A DNA stretch of 64,000 nt from positions 601,778-665,777 of the forward strand of contig JACKGH010000001.1 of NCBI GenBank assembly GCA_020632075.1, in the 5' to 3' direction. Below the pieces are notes generated by a model. It was not told the origin of the DNA. It ran no database searches and saw only the letters and a program-made list of their open reading frames with translations. Every line of letters begins with the position of its first letter. Within the stretch, counting starts at the first letter, position 1. Positions 53,726 through 63,967 of this stretch are shown here, piece after piece. A program made the position numbers and the translations under genes. Source of the stretch: Candidatus Nomurabacteria bacterium (GTDB lineage Bacteria > Patescibacteriota > Minisyncoccia > Phycocordibacterales > UBA918).

Positions 53726-54361
53726 TTACGACCAACGCATACTGATCTGTGATCGGGCGGGAGCGGCGTACACCCAGGCACTATAGAGACTGAGTGCAGT
53801 CGCGTAGCCAAAGATAGCCACTCCAATGAGCTGCAGCGGCCACCACCACTCCCCAGAGAGAAGCGGGACCAAAGCCACCAGCTGCAGAGCTGTCTTGAGC
53901 TTCGCCACCGGCAGTACCACACTCTTAGAGAGGCGCAGTTTCCGCAGCCACACCATGACGATGTCACGCAGTACGGTCAGTGACCACGCGGCCACCAGTA
54001 CATACCACAGCCAGCCGACTGACTCAGTATACCAGTACCACCGTGCCAAGAGCGCAGCGACCACACCGAGCACGAGGAGCTTGTCAGCCCGCTCGTCCCA
54101 GCGTTTACCCCACTCAGTCATTGGACCACGAGCTCGAGCGAGCCAGCCGTCCATCCAATCAGTGAACCCTGCCACAAACACGAGCAGCAACGAGGTTACC
54201 CACCAACCGAAAAAAACAGTTGCTACCACTAAAGCACTGGCTACAAACCGCACTCCGGTTATCAGGTTTGGCGTCACAGACTGCGGCAAAACCGGCAGTA
54301 ACACCGCTTCCATGACCGCATCGAAGCGGTCTTTCATCTGCCACACATTCATAATGACCAT
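53726..54361 (-). CDS. CDP-alcohol phosphatidyltransferase family protein
   Basis: DWMDGWLARARG...KRWDERADK matches the D-x2-DG-x2-AR...G-x3-D-x3-D signature; multi-TM. Confidence 0.7.
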   Translation of the reverse strand: MVIMNVWQMKDRFDAVMEAVLLPVLPQSVTPNLITGVRFVASALVVATVFFGWWVTSLLLVFVAGFTDWMDGWLARARGPMTEWGKRWDERADKLLVLGVVAALLARWYWYTESVGWLWYVLVAAWSLTVLRDIVMVWLRKLRLSKSVVLPVAKLKTALQLVALVPLLSGEWWWPLQLIGVAIFGYATALSLYSAWVYAAPARSQISMRWS

Positions 54362-54450
54362 CTCCCCACAATCAATATCAAAAACGAACTATATGCACTA
54401 GATCCCTCCGGCACTGTATCGTATTTTATGAAAAAATCCTAGGGGATACC

Positions 54451-54936
54451 TTAGGATTCGTTTTCAATCTTGAGTTGCTCGGCACGATTTCCGATCAGAT
54501 TAGAAAGTAGCTGCAAAAATGTCGCTACCCCCGCCACCGCCAGAATGACCACCGGAAAGACAAAGTAGCCACTGATGAGATAACAGAACGTCACGATCGT
54601 GGCGGCCCAGACTCCGAAGCACCATGGACAATCAAAGAGGTCTGCCAAAGTACGGCGTGGGCCAACTTTTGGTTTCTCTAGTCGGTACCCCTTCCCCGCT
54701 TTCTTCACATCCCAGAACTGCTCTCGTACGAACTTAGTGACTGCGTCGTACACAAACAGTCGCGTGATTCGCCACGCAGCCAACGTAATGAGTGCGTAGT
54801 CTGTGAACGAAAGTTCGGTGAGCGGAATACGCGACTCGGTCTCCAGAATGATCGCACCCATGACTAAAATGAGTACATAGAAAATCGTAAAGATAAAATT
54901 CCAAAAGTACTGATCGGTAACTCGCAACATACGCAC
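54451..54936 (-). CDS. DUF1360-like membrane protein
   Basis: LFDCPWCFGVW motif and 4 TM segments. Confidence 0.45.
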   Translation of the reverse strand: MRMLRVTDQYFWNFIFTIFYVLILVMGAIILETESRIPLTELSFTDYALITLAAWRITRLFVYDAVTKFVREQFWDVKKAGKGYRLEKPKVGPRRTLADLFDCPWCFGVWAATIVTFCYLISGYFVFPVVILAVAGVATFLQLLSNLIGNRAEQLKIENES

Positions 54937-54942
54937 TACTAT

Positions 54943-55101
54943 TGTATCGCACCATTACTCGCGCCAAGCACCAAAATAAACATCAGCACGCCGGCAATGA
55001 CCGCAATGAAGCTAAACAAAAACCGATAGAAGGTCTTGTTCAGGATCCGTTGCGACATTGGCACGCGCTCCTTTGGCACTTGATCACGAACTGGCATAGA
55101 T
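54943..55101 (-). CDS. possible 52-aa small membrane protein (below ORF-track cutoff)
   Basis: ATG...TAG ORF MPVRDQVPKERVPMSQRILNKTFYRFLFSFIAVIAGVLMFILVLGASNGAIQ, preceded and followed by terminator hairpins. Confidence 0.25.
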
Positions 55102-55130
55102 ACTGATAGTATAGCATCCCTACATACAAA

Positions 55131-55228
55131 AAAGCCCGCCGATAAATCGGCGGGCTTTTTTAATAGAACCTAGAAAAATAATCTCCTGGCTCAAATAACA
55201 AAAGCCCCTCCCCAGGGGCTTTTGTTTT
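55131..55228 (-). terminator. two consecutive terminator hairpins
   Basis: aaaaagcccgccgataaatcggcgggctttttt and aaaagcccctccccaggggcttttgtttt. Confidence 0.6.
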
Positions 55229-55264
55229 AGCTTAGACGTTCGTCTTTGGCTATAACTTCGTTAA

Positions 55265-57289
55265 CTAGTTAACGATAGTTACAACGTCAGTTCGGAACTC
55301 TGAAGCAGGTACAGTCACCTGTGACTGGTCGTCAGTGTTTGTAGCTGTACCAGTCTCATCGAAGGTGATTGAGTTAAGCACCATACGTGATGCTGTGTTA
55401 GCTACACCTGGGGTGTAAGTAACGGTGAGGGTGAAGGTCTCAGTTGAGCCCTCGTTTACCTCGAAGAATGCATCACCTGCACCTCCTTCGTCAGCTGTTG
55501 AGGTCAAAGTCACGCTTCGTGAACCAGCTACAGATGTTGAACCTGAACCGTCCTGAAGGGTGTATGACACAGATGAAGCAACTGCGATCGGTACGAATAC
55601 ATCCTGTTCAAAGGCAGTAACCTCGAACTTGATCACGTAAGTACCGTAGTCATCAGTGTTGTTGTCACCGACTGTTACGTCAGCGTCAACTGATACTGCT
55701 TCAACGTCAGCACCTGCTGTACGCAAGGTGTGCTGCTCACCAGTAGCTGAACCTGAAAGCTGGCTGTTACCAAGGTCATCAGCACCTTCAGCATCTACGA
55801 TAGATGTTGTAAGTGATGAGATTGAACCCTTAACAGTTGAACCTTCGTCTGAAGGATCAAGTGACTTGAATCGAAGCATAAGTTCTGCTTCTACTCGGTC
55901 ACCAGCGTCGATCACTACATCACCATTCACATCGAAGGTGAGTACTGCAACGTTACCAGTTGCAACAACAGTTACGTCGTCGATAGTAGTACCATCGATC
56001 ACGAGCTCTGCATCGTCAACGAGTGTTGAGTAAGTTGCACCGGTAGTAGCAACGTTAACCTTGATTGAGTTAAGCTCAATATCATTTACTGAGTTATCTG
56101 TATCAAGATCGAATACGAATACTGTGTACCAGTCTGACTTAGAGTCATCATTTACCTGAAGGGTAGTAGCGTCTGGGTCGTTTGATGAGGTCTTAGCCTT
56201 AAGTTCATCTTCGTAACCAGACTCTTCAATAGTGAATGATTCACCAGTAGGGTCACCGAGATCACCAGTAGTGGTGTCGGTTGAAGCTACACCATCAGCG
56301 TCGAAGTAACGAATAGCGTCGAATTCAACAGTCCAGTCGTTACCGTCAGCTGTACCATCTACAGAATTCTGTACAGTAGCAGCAACTACGATCTCAACTT
56401 CTTCATCTTCCATCGCTACAAGGTCAAGACCTGAGAAACGAAGTGTACCGAAGTCTTCATCGAGGTAGTCATTTCGACGTGAGTCAGCTGACTTCTCAGC
56501 GATCTTGTCGCCATCAACCCAGAGTGAGATAGTTTCGAAAGTATCCCATGGGTCAGATTCGGTTACGTCAGAACTTTCAAGAGCAAGGTCGAGACGTGAG
56601 ATTTCAGCATCACCATCAGCGAACTCAACAGTTACTGTAGCGATTTCTGCATCTTCTGCACCTTCCTCGATCTGGTCATCTGAAGCTGAGTCAGTCTCGA
56701 ACTTGTCGAGTGAAGCCTCACCTGAAAGCTCGAAGTCAGCGTCATCTGAATCATCCATCATGTCGTCTTCGTCATCCATCATGTCGTCTGATGAATCATC
56801 CATTACTGGAGCTGAAACACAGAGGCCGTTAGCCTTAGTACGTGATGAAGGACCGAAGTAACCAGTTGGGTTCACCAAGTTTGCTGGTGAAAGAATTTCT
56901 GAACGGTACTTAACCTGGAACTTTGATACAGCAGCAGCTGTTGCTGGACCGTAGTACTCAGTTTCCATACCTGCAGAACCTGCGCCTTCTACTGCCACGC
57001 GAGTGTCAGGGTCAGCGTTGAGGAACTGCTGGAGCTTCATAACGTCACCACCAGTTGAACCTGATGAGAGGTCACGAGTCCATGTGTAAGGACATACACC
57101 TGCAGCTGAAGTAGCACCCTGGCCAGCCTGTGACTGGAGAGCTGCTACCTGCGCAAGCAGGTCATTGATCATCTGCTGAAGGTCTTCAGTAGTCTGCGCC
57201 TTTGCTGAAGCAGCAAATGCAGAAAAGACCATAGCAACTGCTACAAAAGCTACAGCGAGCTTTGCAACAATATTGTTTGTGATAGTCAT
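55265..57289 (-). CDS. secreted protein with N-terminal peptidoglycan-binding domain, acidic linker and beta-rich C-terminal region
   Basis: Signal peptide ...AFAASAKA; GSTGGDVMKLQQFLNADPD...EYYGPATAAAVSKFQ PG_binding_1-like motif; DDMMDDEDDMMDD acidic stretch. Confidence 0.75.
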   Translation of the reverse strand: MTITNNIVAKLAVAFVAVAMVFSAFAASAKAQTTEDLQQMINDLLAQVAALQSQAGQGATSAAGVCPYTWTRDLSSGSTGGDVMKLQQFLNADPDTRVAVEGAGSAGMETEYYGPATAAAVSKFQVKYRSEILSPANLVNPTGYFGPSSRTKANGLCVSAPVMDDSSDDMMDDEDDMMDDSDDADFELSGEASLDKFETDSASDDQIEEGAEDAEIATVTVEFADGDAEISRLDLALESSDVTESDPWDTFETISLWVDGDKIAEKSADSRRNDYLDEDFGTLRFSGLDLVAMEDEEVEIVVAATVQNSVDGTADGNDWTVEFDAIRYFDADGVASTDTTTGDLGDPTGESFTIEESGYEDELKAKTSSNDPDATTLQVNDDSKSDWYTVFVFDLDTDNSVNDIELNSIKVNVATTGATYSTLVDDAELVIDGTTIDDVTVVATGNVAVLTFDVNGDVVIDAGDRVEAELMLRFKSLDPSDEGSTVKGSISSLTTSIVDAEGADDLGNSQLSGSATGEQHTLRTAGADVEAVSVDADVTVGDNNTDDYGTYVIKFEVTAFEQDVFVPIAVASSVSYTLQDGSGSTSVAGSRSVTLTSTADEGGAGDAFFEVNEGSTETFTLTVTYTPGVANTASRMVLNSITFDETGTATNTDDQSQVTVPASEFRTDVVTIVN

Positions 57290-57365
57290 AACTATAATTA
57301 TCTGTAAGTTGTGCGTAATTACTACGCGCGTCCACTTTCGCGGACATTACTTTGATAAGCTCTAA

Positions 57366-57387
57366 TAATATGAATTAATTCATATTA
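57366..57387. promoter_or_regulatory. perfect 22-bp palindrome (candidate operator) upstream of the 674-aa surface-protein gene
   Basis: taatatgaattaattcatatta, ~80-100 nt upstream of the ATG at 57289; immediately followed by the hairpin gtaagcggtttatcagatcgcttac. Confidence 0.35.
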
Positions 57388-58194
57388 GTAAGCGGTTTAT
57401 CAGATCGCTTACCTAATATCACCAAACTCCGATCTCGTAAGACGGGAGTTTAGCTGCGAATTCAGTCTGTGTGTCTGTGCGGCGGTCAGTGTCGGGATAA
57501 GGTCAGGCAGAGGTTTTGCCACGAGCAAGTCGTGGGCTTTGAGAGTTTTAGATATTCAATTGTATGGTTTCCATACAATTCCCATTCACTCGGTCATGCA
57601 AAAAAATGTTTTCTTGCGCGACTTTTATTCATGGGTGTTGTCAATGATCATAACGCCCCCAGCGGCTTTGTCTCTTAGTCGCGGTGTTGGCGTGGTCTAC
57701 ACGGAACACAGAATTCGACTTAGAAAAAAAGCGCACTTGCGCATACAAAGATAGTAGCATTTTTTCGATCAGCTAGTAGTTCACAGGTTGTGGATACGTG
57801 GTGCTATGGCGCACGCGTCGTATGCAAAATAATGTGAAGAAACAAGTGATCTACATGGAGAAAATGCTCCGTCTCTGTTGGTCTGATGTAGATGACGATA
57901 GGAGTGTTGGCTTCTTACCTGAGATGCAAACTACATAACATATTTTGCAAATTGCAAACCAGGTAGGCTACGCACCAGTGTAGAAGAGGAAGCAGGTCTC
58001 GTACATGAGTACTACCCGCATGACCGCAACACTGTCCTTTGTGTCTCGTATCAGATGTCACCTACTCTAAGCTCCTAGAAATAAAAGTCAATACTTTTAG
58101 GTTAGCTTTTATGTCGTTTATAAAGTCATGTCCAGTTTATAGAGACATGTACTTTAGAAAAGTATTTTTAATTTCTATACTAAATTAAAGGTCA

Positions 58195-58941
58195 CTACTT
58201 TGAGACAGAATATCTTGACCATCGCCTCTCACCTTCTCGTACCACTTGTCCTTTTTCTATGAGACTATTAAGTTCACGTTGGATTGTCTTTTCACTTACG
58301 TCAGTGATCACTTCTGCGATGTCCCTCACGGTCGCTTGTGGCTTGGCTTCAAGGACTGTCTTTATACGCTCAGCTCGATCGGTCAACTGACTGTACACGA
58401 GGTACGCGTCAGTACTGATGTCTCCAGCCGGGATGGTCACCCGACGCTGTCGGCTGCCACTGCTGGCAGCAGGATTCTTTGGACGTGGTGCAGACTTCGA
58501 TTCAGTAATTGGCACTACTGTTTCAGTCAGTTCATCTACTGTTACTGCCCCTTGCTGCAGATAGTGATTATTGATGTACCGCATCACTCCATCAAGCTGA
58601 TCAGACAAGAGCATAAAGATGTCCTTCGGGATCACCTGTGCCATCTGGGCGATCCGCAAGGTACTCTCAAGTGCCACTAGTCCATACTGGAATTTTAGAA
58701 GACCATCATGGACTTCAAAAGACTGGAGTGAAAGTGTCTCTAAAGAAAGTTCATGTGTTTTAAGTGCCCTGTCTTTAATACAAGAGACGTGTGGTTCTAT
58801 CTTTGATGTGTCTTTTGTCTCAGACAAAATATAGAAAATAACCGACACAATCTTCTCAGTCTTTTTAAAGACATTATTAAAGTAATTGGTGTCGCTTGAG
58901 AGTCTTTTAATCTGTATTAAGTTGTCTTTTTCGCTTTGCAT
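58195..58941 (-). CDS. hypothetical protein with C-terminal HTH (DeoR/winged-helix-like)
   Basis: C-terminal ATVRDIAEVITDVSEKTIQRELNSLIEKGQVVREGERRWSRY; gene is conspicuously AT-rich relative to its neighbours. Confidence 0.5.
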   Translation of the reverse strand: MQSEKDNLIQIKRLSSDTNYFNNVFKKTEKIVSVIFYILSETKDTSKIEPHVSCIKDRALKTHELSLETLSLQSFEVHDGLLKFQYGLVALESTLRIAQMAQVIPKDIFMLLSDQLDGVMRYINNHYLQQGAVTVDELTETVVPITESKSAPRPKNPAASSGSRQRRVTIPAGDISTDAYLVYSQLTDRAERIKTVLEAKPQATVRDIAEVITDVSEKTIQRELNSLIEKGQVVREGERRWSRYSVSK

Positions 58942-59132
58942 GAGGTGTGTTCTTTAGACGGTATTAAAGACTGTCTCTTTGTCGTACGTACCATACACTA
59001 TAAGGACATTTTGGCTCTTGGCAAGTGGTCTTTTAGGTTTTTTATGGCTTAGCTTGGCCCTTATTTTGAGTGTCTATCATGCTATTATTGGGACACTTAT
59101 TCATTCAATATTTAGTAACGCTAGAACACCCT

Positions 59133-61352
59133 ATGGCCCGTAAGAAACGAAATGCAAAAGCTGACCGCAAGCCTCTTTTTGATGACCTTACCCCACAAGC
59201 CAAGCAAGCTATCTGGGCAGTGGTAATGGGAGTCTTGGCCGTTTTCTTTCTGTTCTCGCTTCTTGATTACGCCGGACCAGCTGGAACAATGACGAGCGCT
59301 GCGCTGGGTGCGCTCTTTGGTGGAGGTGCCTGGCTCGCACCGCTGGTGTGTCTCCTCTATATATATGTACTCCTCAATCCGCGAGAAGAGGACCAACACC
59401 TGAGTGGCGCAAAGATCACTGGCACCATCCTCCTCTTCCTTTCTCTCCTTGGAGCACTCGAGCTCTACCATGAGAGCTTCGGTGGCTATGCGGGACTTGC
59501 AGTGGCCTGGCCCCTCTCAACACTCCTTGGTACCGCAGTCGCTGGTATCTTGATCTTTGGACTGATCCTCATTTCTATTTTTCTCCTCTTCAACACCGGA
59601 CTCAAGAATCCATTCACTCGTCGCACAAAGGAAGTCCTTGAGGACGATAGCGATATTGATGCACTCGATCTCCCTGAAGAAGACGACGAACCACTCGATG
59701 ACGAAGATGAGGAATCAGAAGATGAAGAGACGGAGCGAGGCGGACTGGCAGCAGCAGTCTCAAAGAAGGTCTCTGGTCTCACCAAGGGTAGGGACGGCAG
59801 TGAGATCGTGATTAAGAACTTCAGCGGCAAGTACGTTCCACCTTCCCTCTCACTTCTTAGTAAAGAAAAAAGCAAAGCACAGATCGGTGATGTGAAAGCA
59901 AATGCCAACACGATCAAGCGCACCCTCAGAGAGTTCGGTATCAGTGTTGAGATGGATGCCGTCGAGAGCGGACCAACTATCACGCGCTATGCGCTGAAGC
60001 CAGCGCAAGGGGTCCGTATTGCCAAGATCGCTGGTCTCCAGCAGGAACTCCAACTAGCTCTCAAGGCCAGCTCGATCCGTATCGAGGCGCCGATCCCAGG
60101 TAAGTCACTGGTTGGTATTGAGGTGCCAAATGAGACCCGCGCCACGGTCGGTCTCCAATCCATGCTCGCTACCCCTGAGTACACTGATTCCCCACATCCA
60201 CTCATGGTGGCACTCGGTAAGGATGTGACCGGGCATGTGCACTTTGCCAACATCGCCCGCATGCCCCACGGACTCATTGCTGGTACGACCGGTGCTGGTA
60301 AGTCGGTATCGATCCACAACATCATTATCTCACTCCTCTACCGCAACTCACCCGACCAGCTGCGCTTTATCCTGGTCGACCCAAAGCGGGTCGAGCTCAC
60401 CCTCTACAACAAGATCCCGCACCTCCTCACTCCAGTGATCACCCAGGCCAAAAAGGCAATCCAGGCGCTTTCCTGGGCCGTAAAGGAGATGGAACGCCGG
60501 TATGACATCTTGGAAGCAGAACAGGTCCAGAACCTCACCTCCTACCACCAGAATGTCTACCAGCCAGCCAAGAAGGAATGGGAAGCAAGTGGCTCACCAG
60601 AAGAAGAGCGACTAAACCTCCCCGAAGCACTTCCATATATTGTGATCATTCTCGACGAGCTCAACGACCTCATGCAAGCCTACCCACGCGAACTTGAAGC
60701 TTGTATTGTTCGTTTGGCGCAGATGTCACGAGCGGTTGGAATCCACCTCCTCCTCGCAACCCAGCGACCGTCGGTAAACGTTATTACCGGTACCATTAAG
60801 GCCAACGTGCCAACTCGTGTAGCACTCATGGTGGCTTCACAGGTAGACTCACGCACCATTATCGACACTGTCGGGGCTGAAAAACTCCTCGGGCAAGGTG
60901 ACATGCTCTACCTCTCTTCAGATAGTCCAAAGCCAGTCCGACTCCAGTCGGCCTATGTTTCTGAGGAAGAGATCAAGAAAGTGGTGGATTATCTCAAGAA
61001 ACAAGACGCGCACGAGCTTGATACCATCAACTTTGATGAACAAGCTGGCAGTAACGACGCGGTCTTCAACGCCATGGTCGGCGGTGGAGACGATGCTGAC
61101 GATGACCTCTACGAAGACGCCCGCATTGCGGTGATCGAGGCCGGTAAGGCGTCTACCTCATACCTGCAGCGTAAGCTGCGCGTTGGGTACTCTCGCGCAG
61201 CTCGTTTGATGGATCTCCTTGAAGACAACGGCGTCATCGGCCCAGCGGATGGCTCAAAACCACGCGAGATCCTTTCTTCTGGCAATGAATCTGGCGAGGA
61301 AGATGAAGGATACGGGTCAGATGACGATCCAGAAGACACACACCGATACTAG
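59133..61352 (+). CDS. ftsK: DNA translocase FtsK/SpoIIIE
   Basis: N-terminal TM helices, acidic linker, Walker A GTTGAGKSVSIHN, LLLATQRPSV, and C-terminal gamma domain SYLQRKLRVGYSRAARLMDLLEDNGVIG; start taken at MARKKRN. Confidence 0.9.
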   Translation: MARKKRNAKADRKPLFDDLTPQAKQAIWAVVMGVLAVFFLFSLLDYAGPAGTMTSAALGALFGGGAWLAPLVCLLYIYVLLNPREEDQHLSGAKITGTILLFLSLLGALELYHESFGGYAGLAVAWPLSTLLGTAVAGILIFGLILISIFLLFNTGLKNPFTRRTKEVLEDDSDIDALDLPEEDDEPLDDEDEESEDEETERGGLAAAVSKKVSGLTKGRDGSEIVIKNFSGKYVPPSLSLLSKEKSKAQIGDVKANANTIKRTLREFGISVEMDAVESGPTITRYALKPAQGVRIAKIAGLQQELQLALKASSIRIEAPIPGKSLVGIEVPNETRATVGLQSMLATPEYTDSPHPLMVALGKDVTGHVHFANIARMPHGLIAGTTGAGKSVSIHNIIISLLYRNSPDQLRFILVDPKRVELTLYNKIPHLLTPVITQAKKAIQALSWAVKEMERRYDILEAEQVQNLTSYHQNVYQPAKKEWEASGSPEEERLNLPEALPYIVIILDELNDLMQAYPRELEACIVRLAQMSRAVGIHLLLATQRPSVNVITGTIKANVPTRVALMVASQVDSRTIIDTVGAEKLLGQGDMLYLSSDSPKPVRLQSAYVSEEEIKKVVDYLKKQDAHELDTINFDEQAGSNDAVFNAMVGGGDDADDDLYEDARIAVIEAGKASTSYLQRKLRVGYSRAARLMDLLEDNGVIGPADGSKPREILSSGNESGEEDEGYGSDDDPEDTHRY

Positions 61353-61360
61353 TTACCCCT

Positions 61361-61741
61361 ATGTACGAGCACGAACCAGTCACTTTCCGGAGCATTATCA
61401 AAATCAGCATCATCGCGATCGGCCTGGTGCTCATGGTCTTCTATATCCTCTTCCAGGCCAGGTACCTGATCATGGGACCGCAGATCACCTTGCATGACGT
61501 TCCTGAAATCAGGCAAAATCAGCGACAGATCGAACTCACCGGGGCCGCCTACAATATTTCACGTCTCTGGCTCAATGATCGCCCGATCTATACCGACGCT
61601 CAGGGAAATTTCAAGGAGGCACTGGTACTGGAAAACGGGTATACTGTAGCAACATTACGAGCAGAAGATCGGTACGGACGCGAGACCACCGTAACGCAAG
61701 CATTTGTGTACGCACCAATGAATTTTGTAAGCAGCATTTAA
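61361..61741 (+). CDS. hypothetical protein with one N-terminal TM helix
   Basis: 126-aa ORF between ftsK and recA on the same strand. Confidence 0.4.
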   Translation: MYEHEPVTFRSIIKISIIAIGLVLMVFYILFQARYLIMGPQITLHDVPEIRQNQRQIELTGAAYNISRLWLNDRPIYTDAQGNFKEALVLENGYTVATLRAEDRYGRETTVTQAFVYAPMNFVSSI

Positions 61742-61761
61742 TCACCAAGTAATAGATCACT

Positions 61762-62841
61762 ATGGCAGCAAAGAAAAAAGCAACAGCAGCACCTAAAAAG
61801 GCTGAACCGACTGAAAAAGAGGAAAAGAAAGGGACTTCCGAGATCCTCGAGACGATTCGTAGCATCAAGACCAAGTTTGGCGATGAGGCAATTATGACAT
61901 TGGCTGAAACCAAGCATGTTGATGTTGAAGCTGTGCCGTCTGGCTCTATCGGCCTTGATGATGCCCTCGGCATTGGTGGCTACCCACGGGGTCGTATCAT
62001 TGAGATCTACGGTCCTGAATCGTCTGGTAAGACCACCCTTTCCTTGCACGCCGTCGCTGAAGCGCAGAAGATGGGCGGTATCTGTGCCTTTATTGATGCT
62101 GAACATGCCATGGACCCAGAATACGCTGCTGCTCTTGGTGTCAAACTCGATGAGCTCCTCATCTCTCAGCCAGACAACGGTGAACAGGCGCTCGAAATCG
62201 TCGAAAGTCTCGTACGCGCTGGTAAGCTGGATGTGATCGTCATTGACTCAGTGGCAGCCCTCACCCCGCGTGATGAGATCGAGGGTGAAATGGGTGCACA
62301 CCATGTCGGTAAGCAGGCTCGCCTCATGAGTCAGGCGCTTCGTAAGCTCACTGGTATCGTCGCTAAAAGCAAGACCGTGGTGATCTTTATCAACCAGATC
62401 CGTATGCAGGTCGGTGTGATGTTTGGTAACCCAGAAACCACTCCGGGTGGAAAGGCTCTCAAATTCTACACCTCAGTCCGACTCGATATCCGTCGTATCG
62501 CTCAGATCAAGAAGGGCGACGAAGTAGTTGGTGGCCGACACCGCGTAAAGGTGGTGAAGAACAAAGTCGCTGCCCCATTCCGGACCACTGAGTTCGACCT
62601 TCTTTACGGAGAAGGAATCTCAAGCGAGGGTGAACTCCTCGCGCTCGGTGAAAAATACAAGATGGTCTCGAAGGCCGGCGCTTCATACTCATATACCCCA
62701 CCAGGCGGCGATGAATCAGCCGTCGTGAAGCTCGGCCGTGGCTACGACGCTGCCCGCACCACTCTCAAGGAAGATAAGAAACTGAAAGCAGAGTTACTCA
62801 AGAACATTCGCAAGGCACTCAAAGAGGAAGCTGCGAAGTAG
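61762..62841 (+). CDS. recA: recombinase RecA
   Basis: GPESSGKTT Walker [25 protein letters not shown] motifs. Confidence 0.95.
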   Translation: MAAKKKATAAPKKAEPTEKEEKKGTSEILETIRSIKTKFGDEAIMTLAETKHVDVEAVPSGSIGLDDALGIGGYPRGRIIEIYGPESSGKTTLSLHAVAEAQKMGGICAFIDAEHAMDPEYAAALGVKLDELLISQPDNGEQALEIVESLVRAGKLDVIVIDSVAALTPRDEIEGEMGAHHVGKQARLMSQALRKLTGIVAKSKTVVIFINQIRMQVGVMFGNPETTPGGKALKFYTSVRLDIRRIAQIKKGDEVVGGRHRVKVVKNKVAAPFRTTEFDLLYGEGISSEGELLALGEKYKMVSKAGASYSYTPPGGDESAVVKLGRGYDAARTTLKEDKKLKAELLKNIRKALKEEAAK

Positions 62842-62851
62842 ACATAATAAA

Positions 62852-62882
62852 AAAGGCCGCGCGGAGCGCGGCCTTTTTGATT
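62852..62882. terminator. bidirectional terminator after recA
   Basis: aaaaaaggccgcgcggagcgcggcctttttga. Confidence 0.65.
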
Positions 62883-62897
62883 GTATCGATTCTCGAA

Positions 62898-63206
62898 TCA
62901 ACAGATGAACGGTCCACCCCGCTGAAGTTCAGCGACTGCTTCCTGCAACCGATACACCTTCTCAGCTAGCTCGCGAAGTGCTGCCGGCTCCATGCGTTCA
63001 CAGCGTTCAGCAAACGCTCGGATCTCGTCCTCGCGCTCCTGATGCTGGCAAGCTGGGCACAACTTACCCATCAGTTTAAACGACAGACCTTCTGGATACG
63101 GTTTTTTACACCGCGGGCACCGATCTAGTGCAGCCAATCTTTCTGCAGCACGCTTGGTCCAATCGGGATCAAGGTCAAAATTGTCTTGCTCTGACATAAC
63201 ACTCAT
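62898..63206 (-). CDS. zinc-ribbon protein, hypothetical
   Basis: CPRC...CPAC double CxxC motifs, coiled-coil tail. Confidence 0.45.
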   Translation of the reverse strand: MSVMSEQDNFDLDPDWTKRAAERLAALDRCPRCKKPYPEGLSFKLMGKLCPACQHQEREDEIRAFAERCERMEPAALRELAEKVYRLQEAVAELQRGGPFIC

Positions 63207-63261
63207 CCTCCTTTAGGTAATCGGAACAACTTCATACAGAAAACCACACTTTGGATGAAGG

Positions 63262-63300
63262 CACAACAAAAGGCCGGGCGCTTCGCGCCCGGCCTTTTGT
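63262..63300. terminator. bidirectional terminator
   Basis: aaaaggccgggcgcttcgcgcccggccttttgtt. Confidence 0.6.
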
Positions 63301-63322
63301 TAGTTTGTTTAGTTATGTATGA

Positions 63323-63664
63323 CTACACTATCCTTGGCATCACCCCAAAGCGAGACACAAACGCTTGAGCTAGGTGATATCCCACTGAAACGGTCACTGC
63401 CCCCGCCAACATCAGGGTACAGACCGTCAGCATCTCGCCGTGGGTACCGGCAGACCACACCGCGTTCGCGACATATTGCGGTGTATGCCCCACTGGTACA
63501 GCGAGAAAATTATGAATAATGCTCGCGACGTGAAGCCACTTCGCGAGAAGCAGCGCCGCTGCCCCCAGGAAGATCCCCTGCCAAAACATCACATGTGTAC
63601 CAATGCTGATTGCATAGGCATAGTACACGCGACGCATGATGGCTTTTTGCATGTTTGACTTCAT
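63323..63664 (-). CDS. small membrane protein, hypothetical
   Basis: 113 aa, 3 TM helices. Confidence 0.4.
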   Translation of the reverse strand: MKSNMQKAIMRRVYYAYAISIGTHVMFWQGIFLGAAALLLAKWLHVASIIHNFLAVPVGHTPQYVANAVWSAGTHGEMLTVCTLMLAGAVTVSVGYHLAQAFVSRFGVMPRIV

Positions 63665-63700
63665 ATCTACTTATACTAGCTTCGACTCAAAATAGTTACA

Positions 63701-63967
63701 CTACATGTACGCGAGGACAATTTTTTTGACTCCAACATAGAATGTGATCAACGGTACAAGTATCAACGGAACAGCACCTGCTAATACGACCGCAAACAGG
63801 AGGGCTCCAGACAAAAAGATGAGTGCAGAACCTTTAAAAATCTGTTGTTTATTACCATCGTTACTAAAATGATCGTACAAACCAAGCAAAATCACTAAAA
63901 TACCAACAAAGATAAAGGATCCTTTAGAGGTGATGGTAGTTGCCTGTGTAGCCAAATACAAAAACAA
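63701..63967 (-). CDS. small membrane protein, hypothetical
   Basis: 88 aa, 2-3 TM helices. Confidence 0.35.
   Translation of the reverse strand: MFLYLATQATTITSKGSFIFVGILVILLGLYDHFSNDGNKQQIFKGSALIFLSGALLFAVVLAGAVPLILVPLITFYVGVKKIVLAYM

Noticed and set aside
53614-53967. 117-aa minus-strand ORF overlapping the 3' end of the CDP-alcohol phosphatidyltransferase gene and the rplJ leader
   Set aside because: It is an alternative frame overlapping a well-supported gene and a terminator, with Trp/Cys/Arg-rich composition. Likely spurious.
57469-57754. Small plus-strand ORFs (69 and 71 aa) in the 57.3-58.2 kb intergenic region
   Set aside because: They have no RBS or start-codon context and no recognisable motifs. 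The region is better explained as a regulatory or ncRNA spacer.
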